Assembly (NCBI RefSeq): GCF_006345805.1 | Contig: NW_021832382.1 | Span: 230,667 to 294,666 of the forward strand | Length of the DNA stretch: 64,000 bases | Source of the DNA: Octopus sinensis | Taxonomy: Eukaryota | Direction of reading: 5' to 3' | In this document: positions 11,837 to 22,413 of the stretch, in pieces | Numbering within the stretch: position 1 is the stretch's first letter | Layout of the letters: each line of letters begins with the position of its first letter | Position numbers and translations under genes: made by a program | Notes under the pieces: generated by a model | The model's database searches: none | What the model was told of the DNA's origin: nothing | Seen by the model: only the letters and a program-made list of their open reading frames with translations

Positions 11837-14131
11837 CAGTCTAACCTCTTTTTGGGGCACCTAGTGCCCCAAAAACAGGGGTTTCCCCAGATAGAGGGGT
11901 TTTCTGATATTAACGAAAAAAACCAACGTTTTGTTAATTTAAAACCAAAAGATGTTTATTTTTAATTTCATTTAACAATTTTAGTCTGAATAACTCTCCC
12001 CGATCAGAAGGGTTGTTCTCATATTTGCAGGATAGAAACTTTTTTAATGGTCAACGGAAACAGTGTAACCACTGTAAGAGTAAGGCAATGACCGTTGACC
12101 ATTTAGCCACGAAGTGCGGGAGTATGCTTTACCATGATTACACGTGGAGGCATAACGAGGTGGTGAGGTCCCTCCATCTTTTGCTCTGCAATAAGTATGG
12201 CTTGAGGCGGTCCAGAAAGTTGCGAACATATCGAGTTCAATCGGTGTGTGAGAACTCGCGGGTGTGCATTAAGGTGGATACCCCCATACGCACTTCGATT
12301 GTTGTCCAGCACAACAGACCCGACATTGTGGTCCACGATAAGGTCACCGGGGAGATTGTTATCGTGGAGGTGGGCATCACGTGCCTAGACCGTTTGCAGA
12401 TAGTGGAAGTGGAGAAAAAAAGGAAGTATGACCTCCTTGCAAACGAGCTAGGACTGATGCACCAGTGCAAAGTCCATGTCATCCCGTGTGTGATGACATG
12501 GGATGGACTGGTCACCAAATACCACAAGCGGTACTTAAGACAGTTGGATGTAGATAAGTCTCTACAGGCTTATATACAGTCAACTGTTCTTAAGAGGACT
12601 CTGGAGAGTGTCTCGTTTGATGCTCGCCGATCCAGCCCTTTCCTGACGTTTAGTCAGCAAGAGGCGCTGGACTGCACCTTCTCGAAGGTCTACAGTGCCA
12701 GAGAAGAGGAGGAAGAAGGGGAGGAGGTGCGTGGAGTGCCGCCTTCTGCTCACTTCGAAGGCTCTGGACTTAGTTAGTAAAATTACTTAGTTAATTAGTT
12801 TCTTTCTTAATAAACAATTTTAGTCTTTACTTGTCGTCAAATGATCCGTTATTTTCGCTCCGAATTTGTACTTTTGAATTAATCGATCCATTGTCAACTT
12901 CTTAAAATTATAAAATTCATTTAATATGGAAAATGCCATCTTCCATTGCATTAATTGAAAAAATTAGTTCCTTGATAGATTGACATTTTATAACTCCGTC
13001 ATATAATGCATTGTCATTTTCTATACCAGAGATTTCTACTGATATAACTTCCTTGACAGTTTCTTCGATTTTTCTCCATTTATTTGATCAGATTTTTTCA
13101 CATCATGTGTACGTTGCTCATTAATTTTATTCCAACAATTTGTATTCGTTTCTTTAGTAACATTCATCCAAGCATCTTCAATTGCTAGCAAAACATTTCT
13201 CATATTTATATTTGATAGGCCTAAAAGATTTATTTATATACAGTGAATACCATTTAATATTAATTCTTTGCATTCAAAAAAACATATGAATTTAACCAGT
13301 TCATGTGAGTAACATGTTTTGAATGAGCGAATTATTCCCATGTCAAGCGGTTGAAGCAGCGGAGTAGTATTTTTAGGCAAATATAAAAAAATTATATTGT
13401 AATAATCATCTGCTTTATGGCATCCTGCATTATCCAAAATTAATAAAATATGTCTGTTATTCTCTTTCATTCGTTCATTTATCACATATAACCATGGATT
13501 AAAAATATAACTTGTCATCCAAGCATTTTTTGAAGACATTTAATACATTATGCTGTTCAATATTAAAATTTTTCAAACAACGAGGAGACTTGTATTTTCC
13601 GATTACCAAAGGTTTCATTTTCTCACCAATTGAATTTGTACATAAAAGAACGGTAACTCTTTCTTTATTTTTTTTGACACCACTACAAGTGTCCGTTAAC
13701 TCTACGAAGGATCTACAGTCGGATTTTTTGACAAATAATCCAGTCTCATCGCAGTTGAAGATATCCTTGCTGGAATATGCTTCCATGTGATTATCATAAG
13801 TTTTAAAGAAGCTTTTCAGCATGGATGTGTCGCATGACTTTTTTTCACCAGAAATTGTTTTTAAAAAAAGTTGATGCCGTTTCTTAAAACGAACAAGCCA
13901 TCCATTGGAAGCTTTAAATTCTGGTAAATTTAAAATTTGAGCTGCTTTCTTGGCAGTAGATTGTAATAATGGTCCGGAAACTACTAAATTATCATTTCTT
14001 AATCTATAAATGCCCCATAACGGGGTTTATCTTATAAAGAATAAACAGAAAAACTTCTAATAGAAATTCAAATTGCCCCAAAACCCGAGGGTGCCCCACG
14101 TCCGGGGTCGCCCCAATAAGGGGTTGCACTG
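11837..14131 (-). mobile_element. Tigger/pogo DNA transposon (defective)
   Basis: TA-flanked imperfect TIRs (CAGTCTAACCTCTTTTTGGGG / CCCCAATAAGGGGTTGCACTG). Motifs FKASNGWLVRFKKRH, FNCDETGLF, LILDNAGCH, LQPLDMGII. Confidence 0.85.
11988..12812 (+). mobile_element. 5'-truncated R4/Dong-like RLE non-LTR retrotransposon with 14-bp TSD
   Basis: ORF 12013..12777 has a CNHC..H..C knuckle, RHNEVV, NRPDIVV..IVEVG..K..KY. AACAATTTTAGTCT is duplicated at 11974-11987 and 12813-12826. Confidence 0.9.
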
Positions 14132-15693
14132 TAGTAGGATCACAATGCGTACTACTTCATATATAATTATACCTTTTCAGTATCATAATTTCTGCCTTTT
14201 TAATTTTGACAAACTCCTGCCTATTTGTAAGCTTGTACATCTTAAATATTTTTGAAGTAGTTTAGGAAATGCTGTTTAAAACGTGATAGTGGAATTTTAT
14301 TCAGTTCAAAAACATTTTTACACAAACTTCCCCTGAAGTATATCTAGTTGAAAAAAATTAGAGTTCTGTATAAAAACGAGAACTATAAAAGTCCAGAAAG
14401 TCTTTTGCGCATTTAACACAGGCTGAAACATCGACTATTGGTCATAGCTAGGGCAACCGCAAATATGACCTAAAAAATTTCAAATATGACCGATAAAATA
14501 TGACTTATATGACCTTAAAAGAAAAAATATATGCCCTTAATATGACCTAATAAATTTTTATTTTATGTATTAATAAAGTTTTAATAAGACTTATATTTCG
14601 AACTAATCACTCAAATTTATTGCAATATAACGAAAAGTAATATTTAATGTTATCATTTTTAAAGTTTCTATCCTTCTCCAACATCTTTTGAAGTATAGAA
14701 AAACTTCTTTCAATGGAAATAGTTGTTGCTGGACATTTCCATAATATCGAACAAATTTCTGGTGAACAATTATCAATCTTAGCAGTATAAATTTCTTTTA
14801 ATCGATTTTTATCTATTCTTTTATGGAAATATTTAGATATTCCCCATAGATCATCCCCAAAATTTATCACATTAATAAATTTAACGGCATCCTCAATGGT
14901 AAAAAAAGTTTCTTGGCATTGATGTAATCCATCTAATATGTCACTATAACGTGATTTTATCAATGCAAGGTTTCTTTCCAAATTAATTGAATTTAAAGCA
15001 GTTTTTACTTTATCTAAGATTTTCCCTTTTTTGTTAAATTCAGTACCAGAAACTATAGTGCGAACTGTATGCATTTTTTTAGTAAAAGGCAGCACTAAGC
15101 CAGGTTCCCCATCTTGTAATTATTACTTCAGGTGGTAATTTTATATTGTCAAAAGGATCTCTTCGAGATTTTTTTTGAGCAATGCAGTTTTCATCGTGGC
15201 AATCAGATTATTAATATCCCCATAGTGTGTACTAATTTTTAAGGCACAATTATGTAAAAGATGAGCAAAACAAGTGATGTGTATAACATTGTTATACATA
15301 ATTGACAATGTTTCTGGAGCAAATATCATGTATGATGCAGCGTCGATAACCATAAACAAAATTAAATCGTTTGACGTTAAAATCCTTTAAAGTTTCATCG
15401 ATTATCTGGAAAATAACTGAAGCATTACATATTTCAACAGAAATGCATTTTAATAGATAAATTTTCGATGGATTACAAATAGTCTCCCCAAAACATTCAC
15501 AATTTATTATTTGAAATTTGGGTTTCATCAACAATCAAAAATATTTTCAAATTTAAAATAAGATTTTTTATTCGTTCAAAATTTAGAAGATATTTATCAT
15601 ACACCAATTTGCGGAACACAACAGAACTTGCAATTAAGTCCCCCATTAGTACTTCTCGTAAATTCGTACGGATATTTATTTAATATTTTAGAG

Positions 15694-18585
15694 CAGGGGT
15701 GCGCAAGCTTTTTGGGTTTGCGGCCGCATAGCATTTATTTTTCCTTCTCTTCCACGGCCGCACATTTTCTGCATTATTTTTTCGATATTAATATAGTAAT
15801 TTTTTAATTATTAAAAGTGACCGCATAAGTTGCCCATTGCCATCGAGACCGAATGAGTTCTTGGACAGGAAATGCTCTCGTTCATCAGGGACATCATATT
15901 ATTAAAATAAATAATTATTTCATGGACAAAAAATAAGAAAGAAGGAAAGTTAATTAAAAGAAATGTATTATACAAGTTATTCTAATGACGGCCAGGATCT
16001 TTGGTATTTTTTGCGAGCTTATTGAAATCCACTGGTAGGGTAGATATCATTCTGCGCAAACATGACTCTAAGTTTGCATCCGTTATCCGAGATCTACAGT
16101 ATGGTCCAAAAATAGTACACCCCTTGTTTTTTTGTCGAAAAAGTCTTATATCTGCTAAAATAATACATTTATTTAATTATTTTTTTGTGAATTATATCTG
16201 TTTTAGAGTTTAATGAATTTTTCACTTTATAGAAAATCGAAATGAATTTAATTATACATATATTTTAAAAATTAATGAATTTTTAATGGTCCATAATAGT
16301 ACACCCTTAACAAATTCAACATCTGTTGTGCTTTAAAATTACCTAATAAAGTTTTATTTAATATACAAAAATTTTTTATTTTAGTTTATGTTCTTTTATT
16401 TTTTTAAAGTAATTATTTAATTAAATAATTATCTTATTATCAGATTTTTTTTATTTATGACGTCAAATGTTTCGATTTTTCTTTTTAAATAGCACCACAT
16501 GTCTTCAATTGGATTTAAATCTGGCAAATTTTTTTTTTCTGTCAAAAAACTTTTAGTCTTCTTTGCAGTATGCTTCGGATCGTTATCTTGTTGGAAATTC
16601 GGATTTTCTGAATGATCGTTGATAAAGGGCATCATTTTTTCCTCAAGTATATTAATGTACATGTCTGCATTCATGATTCCATTTATGGTATAAAGTTCAC
16701 CAGGTCCTTGGAAGCTCATAAATCCACATATCTTTATATTTCCGCCGCCATGTTTCATTGTAGATACTATGCATTTTGGATTTAGTGCACCGCCATTTTT
16801 GCGCCACATATGCTTAATTCAATTTGATCTGAACAAATTGATTTTGGTCTCATTTGACCACAGAATTCTATTCCAAAAATCCATATTTTTGCCTACATAT
16901 TTTTTTGCAAATTAAACGGTTTCTTTTGTACCTTTTTGACAATAACGGTTTCCTTCGAAGTATCAGCCATATAAATTGCATTCATGTAGTCTCCTTTTTA
17001 TTGTAGATTTTTTATTTTTAATAACAGAATAAGATTCCAATTGTTTTGCAATTGCAGATGAAGAGATTCTTGGATTTTTTTCAGCAGAACGTCTGATTAG
17101 ACGGATAGATCTGATAGATAACTTCTTCGGTCTCCCTCTTTCTCGATTTAAAATGCCGTTTATTCCGTTTTTCGGTATTTTTGTACAATCTTAGCAACGG
17201 TGTTCTTGCTAATCTCAAGTTTTTTGGCAATTTTTTTGTATCCATAGTTGTCCTCGTGTATGGAAATAATACGATTTTTAATATCTGAAGAGAGATCAAC
17301 ATTACGAAAGTTCATGTTAATTATTTTGACAATAAGATAATTATTTAGTTAAATAATTACTTTAAAAAAATAAAAAAACATAAACTAAAAATAAAAATAT
17401 TTTTGTATATTAAATAAAACTTTATTAGGTAATTTTAAAGCACAACAGATGTTGAATTTGTTAAGGTGTACTATTTATGGACCATTAAAAATTCATTAAT
17501 TTTTTAAAATATATGTATAATTAAATTCATTTCGATTTTCTATAAAGTGAAAAATTCATTAAACTCTAAAACAGATATAATTCACAAAAAAATAATTAAA
17601 TAAATGTATTATTTTAGCAGATATAAGACTTTTTCGACAAAAAAACAAGGGGTGTACTATTTTTGGACCATACTGTATATTGACTTTTTAAATATTTCAT
17701 TTTGGAAAATGTAGACTCACATAAATATGTGCTTCCGAATGGCGCATTCAATTTGAAATTCCAATGTAATATAATTTTAAATTCCAATGGCGCATTCTCG
17801 ATCGAAACAGTATGTGGTGCTGCAGTTAATTGAAGTTTGAGTTCAATTTTTTTAAATTCGTTAAATCGCTCTTCAAATTGTTTCGAAATATAATCGAATA
17901 TAGTATTAAATGTATTTGGTGTAATGAGTAAAAGTTTGATATTTCTTTTCGTAAATCAAGCACACGACATGCTGTTTCACCTTGTGATAGCCATCGAACT
18001 TGTGCATGGTATAAAATGTCTTCAGCAGATATTTCACTACCGGAAAGAATTGTACGAAACTGTCTATGTCTCAATGCATTGTTTCGGATATATAATAATT
18101 TGTTTTACTTCATTAAGTGTATCTTCAAATTTTTTCATTTGTGAATAAAGTGCTTGTTGGTGAAATGAAAAAGAAAAAAATTGTGTTTTAAAAAATTCAA
18201 AATAAGTAAAAAAACGATTAAAGAAATAAAATCGGAAAATATCACAAAAATGATGAAATTTCAAATAATTTAACCATTAAAAGAAACTACATCCCAAAAT
18301 ATTCCTTTGAATCCAATTAAAAATATAAATAAAGGTAAACCAAATAAAGACAACAGCGCTACATAATGAAAATAAATTAAGCCGTTTATGATAATTACTT
18401 TTAATAAAGGTTAACCATTATATAAAAATAGAATTCTATATAATATGAATATTTTTAATTATTATTTAGGGTTTTTCTTGATTAATTAACACTATGAGCA
18501 TTATATTTAAGATTAGTTGCTCGATGACCTAATTGTGCCCACGGCCGCACATTCATCGACTCACGGCCGCACTTGCGCACCCCTG
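15694..18585 (-). mobile_element. hAT Charlie/Buster-type transposon nested in the outer hAT
   Basis: TIR CAGGGGTGCGCAAG; TSD TTTTAGAG at 15686-15693 and 18586-18593; CGGCCGCA subterminal repeats. Motifs VRWLSQG and FGSTYLCESTFS..YRSRITDANLESCLR. Confidence 0.92.
16097..17675 (-). mobile_element. Tc1 transposon with about 340-bp IR/DR-type terminal repeats
   Basis: TA TSD. TIRs about 16097-16438 and 17331-17675, each with an inner copy of ATGGTCCA.AATAGTACACC. Motifs TMKHGGG, FQQDNDPKH, PDLNPIE. Confidence 0.93.
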
Positions 18586-18952
18586 TTTTAGAGAGTTTGA
18601 ATTCATTAGATTTTTTTGATTTAGGCATCTATTAATATACCTTTTTTTTATATAAAAACCTTTATCCCACTCAACAAAAAACCGATTACATCTTACGTTA
18701 TAAAAAAATAATTCAAATATTATTCTTCAAATATTTATATTTAAAAGAATAAATATTGATCTAATTCATTTATTTGAATATGACTTTATTTTTATAATAT
18801 GACTTTATTATTGAATATGACTTATATGACCTATTAATAAGTGTTTAAATAGTTAAAAAATATAATTAAAATATTTAATTAATATAAACAAATACAAAAT
18901 GACCTTATTTTGTGATAAGCATTATATGACTTTTGGTTGCCCTAGTCATAGC

Positions 18953-19076
18953 ACAAGCCTTGGTCTACCAGAAAATGGTAGATTATCTGATTTCTTTTTC
19001 TCCTTTGTGAATGCGTTAATCCAAATAAACATGAGTTTTTACGACAGGATGTATACACCATGTTAAACTTCACATG
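18953..19076 (-). mobile_element. Mariner-like transposase N-terminal relic that hosts the hAT nest and the CRE insertion
   Basis: Reads LS*KLMFIWINAFTKEKKKSDNLPFSGRPR, resembling mariner LSxxTVFxWxxxFxxGxxxxxDxPRSGRP. Appears to continue across both TSDs. Confidence 0.5.
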
Positions 19077-19084
19077 GGGGCATT

Positions 19085-22000
19085 TTTTTAACCAGAAAAA
19101 GAGTTCTTCAAAATAGCTAATTAAGTGTCAGCAGTGGCTGCACCTCGGATTGCAAGCGAGTTACCTCGCAAGATTTCGATCGATATCCTCTGGTACAGCC
19201 AGCCGATTTGGCGGTGGTCCTTCGTGCACTTGTGGATGCACTTCCCAATTTCGGTCAGAAGCGACACTCCGGCCGTCCCTATCACTCCACTTGTCTCCAC
19301 AGCAATCGGGACAAAGTGGTAATTTGGTGGGAGAGAGGCGTATTTCTTCCGCTTCGTCTCCTCAGCCCGACGGGAAGCGAAGCCGGGGGAGGACGCAGAC
19401 TGAGCAACGGTCCCGGGGGCAAAGGTGTCCGCGCAGGTAACATCCCAAACGAGACATTTTCCCTCCGAGAATGGAAAGACCGTCATTCTGTCTGGACGCT
19501 TGCCGTCGCCACGGTCGAGGCCGGCAGGCTCCAGAACAGAAGGGAAGCCTGCGGCATTGAGGGCCTGTTTAACGACGTGGTTCAAGCCAGCGTGTCTCGG
19601 GATACGCCCGGTGCTTAAGCGGCACGAAAGGGGGTGGAGACCATCGGGGTCAATCATGTGGCCGCACTTGTACCGGTGAGGGTGGCAAAGGGGAATTCCC
19701 AGACAAAGACAGGTCTCGATTCGAGTCGATTCATCATCCAAGAGGAGGCCAGCGGTAGACAGAGGGATGGCTTTCAACCAGTCTCCAGAATGCGGGTGAC
19801 AGGCTGCATTCAACGAGGCGAGTTTAACTTGATCGGCGCTTCCTTTAAGGGACTTTACCACTTCTTTGCAGCGGATGGAGTCCCAACTCCTCTGCAAGTG
19901 ATCCTCCACAGGGAAGGCAAGACCTGAGGCAGTCCAGGCAGCAAGGGCAGAAGAAAATTCAGCCAGTTCAAAACGTTCAGGGGAGCGAAAAAGAACAGAA
20001 CTGACAAAATTTCTTGATGCCGAGAGCGAAGATAGGTAGCATGGGATAGAAATGTCTTTGCACGAGCGGATACCGATGCCTCCGAAACGGAGGGGTAACA
20101 TTGCGCGGGTAAGTTGGTCCCCGCCAAAATCAACATTAAGAAGCTTCCCAACTGACTTCCAGATTACGGAGTCCAGGTCGGACAAGAGGTCTGGCTCCCG
20201 AAAGCATGGAGACGAGCGGAATAAGTAGGTTAGGCGGGGGATGAATAGGTAATTCTTTATAAGGAATAGCCCGACATGTGCGCCCAGTTGGGAGATAAGC
20301 TCCAGTGTTTTAGCCAGCTGGCGTTTTTTACACTCAATAGCAGCGGAAATACCTCGACCAGAGATTGGTGAACCAAGGATGACCAGATCATCCGGGTCTG
20401 TCGCAGAGAGACCGACAACTTTCTCGGACAGGGACGTGAAGGCAGGATGAAATAAAGAATGATCGAGGGAGAGCAGGGTAAATTCCGACTTGGAGCCATT
20501 AAGGGATAAGCCAAATTGGCTAAAACCCGAAATAATATCAAGCAACGTCGTTATGAATATTTTCAAGCGAGCCACCTAAGGTGACATCGTCGAGATACCA
20601 GAAATTTAGCGGGCATAAAAGCCTTTGAGCAATATGGTCCACTGCGAGGGCAAATAGGAGAGGTCCCAGTGGGTCCCCTTGCTGAACCCCAGACGCTGAG
20701 GACAACAGATTTTTCCCAAAAAGGAGATTCGAGGAACGCGCATAAGATAGATGGACAATTGGGTAGAGTGCCGGGCAGCGGGTGTGCACAACTTCCAGGA
20801 TGTGGTCTCTGCGAACACTGTTAAAAGCGTTGCGCACGTCCAGCTTAACAAGATATGGAATTTTTGGATTGCCATTGATGACCAACTCCCTCACCCCATG
20901 GGCAGAAGCCTCACAAGCACCGCGAACACCGACACCGAACTGATGTGGCAGCAGCTGAGAGCTCAAATCAGGGAGGACAACACTGAGGAAATAATTTTGC
21001 AGAGAGCCTCCTGAATGTGTTTCCCACAGCGATGGGTCTGATGCCCCCATCACTTTTATTAAGTGCCGTCAGGTTGGCCGAGAACAGTAAATCGCGTGCA
21101 AAAGATGGGATATTTCCAGAGACAATTCTGCTGTACAAGGATGCAATCGAGGACAGGAGGCGTGCACCAGACAGATTCCCCTGTCATGGGCGCGACAAGA
21201 TCCTTTAGGTGTATCGGCTTTAGGCCATCTACTCCCCCGCTACTGCTCGGCGGAAATGATCCAAGGCAGGCTAACACGTCACTGGAGGAAACAATTCGTT
21301 CGGATTTGGCTATGTGAGGGGGTTCACGAATATCAGGTGGAGCGGGAGCATGTTTCAACTGGAGTGAATTCAGAACGGAATCAGTATGCGGGGCAATGGA
21401 TGCCGTGGATGAAATCAGGCGAAGAGCAGCTGAGACATCTCCCTGCATTAGTTTGCTGTTAACTGACCGGGCTAAGCGTACCCCTTCGTCTTGTTTAAGA
21501 GGCCCGCGAGATTTCGCGGTCGAGGGGCGATCTGGCGTGACACGTGATAAGTCGAAGGGTGCCTTTATGAACGAACTGCAGCGGTCTTTAATCTGCTGAG
21601 CGGCCGATGTCCTATTTACTGACTCCGTTTTATGATGGGCAGCGCCCAGACAAACAGAAGAAAACGAAAATAGTTTGCACCAAGTTTCTGGAAGATTGCT
21701 TTTAAGGGACTGATCGATTATGTCGGATAGCGTATCAGCAACGCAGATTCGCGCAGATTTGGGAATTCTTGCGGGGATTACGCGGAGGCTTCGGGATTCG
21801 GAAAGAAGCGACAAGAACTTGTCGGGCGGGATGGGCGCCGGGTGGGGAGAAGGCTTAGGGATCCATGTGTGTGGGAGGCATGAGGGGCACTTCCAAGAAA
21901 GGATTGACGCCGAATCACGTTTAGTGAGTTTAACACACGAGAGGTGGAAAAACTGACTGCAAGAGGCGCAGGAGCGACCCGGTTTGCGAGAATTAACAGA

Positions 22001-22256
22001 TTTACAAGATAAACAAAATGACATGGGGATAGCTACAGAAGAGTCCAATAGAATAGAGGAAAAGAGAATAAAAATGGGGAAATGGGATAGACAAGAATGA
22101 AAGGACAAAAGGAAAAAAGAAAAAGGAAAAAAAGAAAAAGAAAAGGGAAAGAGAGGGATGGAGAAGAAGGATAAGAGAGATGGAAGGATAAGAGAGAGAT
22201 AAACAGATACAATGAAAGAAATTGAAAACACCACAAGAAACCAAAATGTGTACTGT
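19085..22256 (-). mobile_element. Near full-length CRE-clade non-LTR retrotransposon: PHD finger + RT + CCHC/RLE endonuclease, 3 frameshifts
   Basis: ATG at 22024; C4HC3 finger; DGGIRPIAVG, LDVRNAFNSV, GVQQGDPLGP, WYLDD; RH..LN..EP..KRPD..WDVT..K..KY..VETSG..QRISI. Short A tail and probable 8-bp TSD GGGGCATT (19077-19084, 22257-22264). Confidence 0.92.
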
Positions 22257-22413
22257 GGGGCATTGCATTGGAGTATTTTCAGATTAAGATCCTACGGGTA
22301 GTGATTTTAGAGGTCAGAGGTAGGCAATAAATGAACAACTTGGGATTTATATTGTATTTAAATACTATTAAAAATTATCATAATAATTTAAAAATATTAT
22401 ATAAATTTACTTG

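Larger units (their letters stand above)
14449..18944 (-). mobile_element. hAT transposon (outer member of a nest)
   Basis: TIR TAGGGCAACC/GGTTGCCCTA; 8-bp TSD GTCATAGC at 14441-14448 and 18945-18952; subterminal TATGAC repeats. Motifs IDAASYM, TCFAHLLH, SIERSFS. Confidence 0.92.

Noticed and set aside
19125-21956. Numerous plus-strand ORFs over the CRE element and similar antisense ORFs over other GC-rich genes
   Set aside because: Shadow ORFs of GC-rich coding sequence with no motifs of their own.
22002-22268. Hydrophobic F/L/S-rich ORFs suggesting a membrane protein or signal anchor on the CRE ORF
   Set aside because: They are translations of the polypyrimidine leader in all frames; the plausible start is the ATG at 22024.
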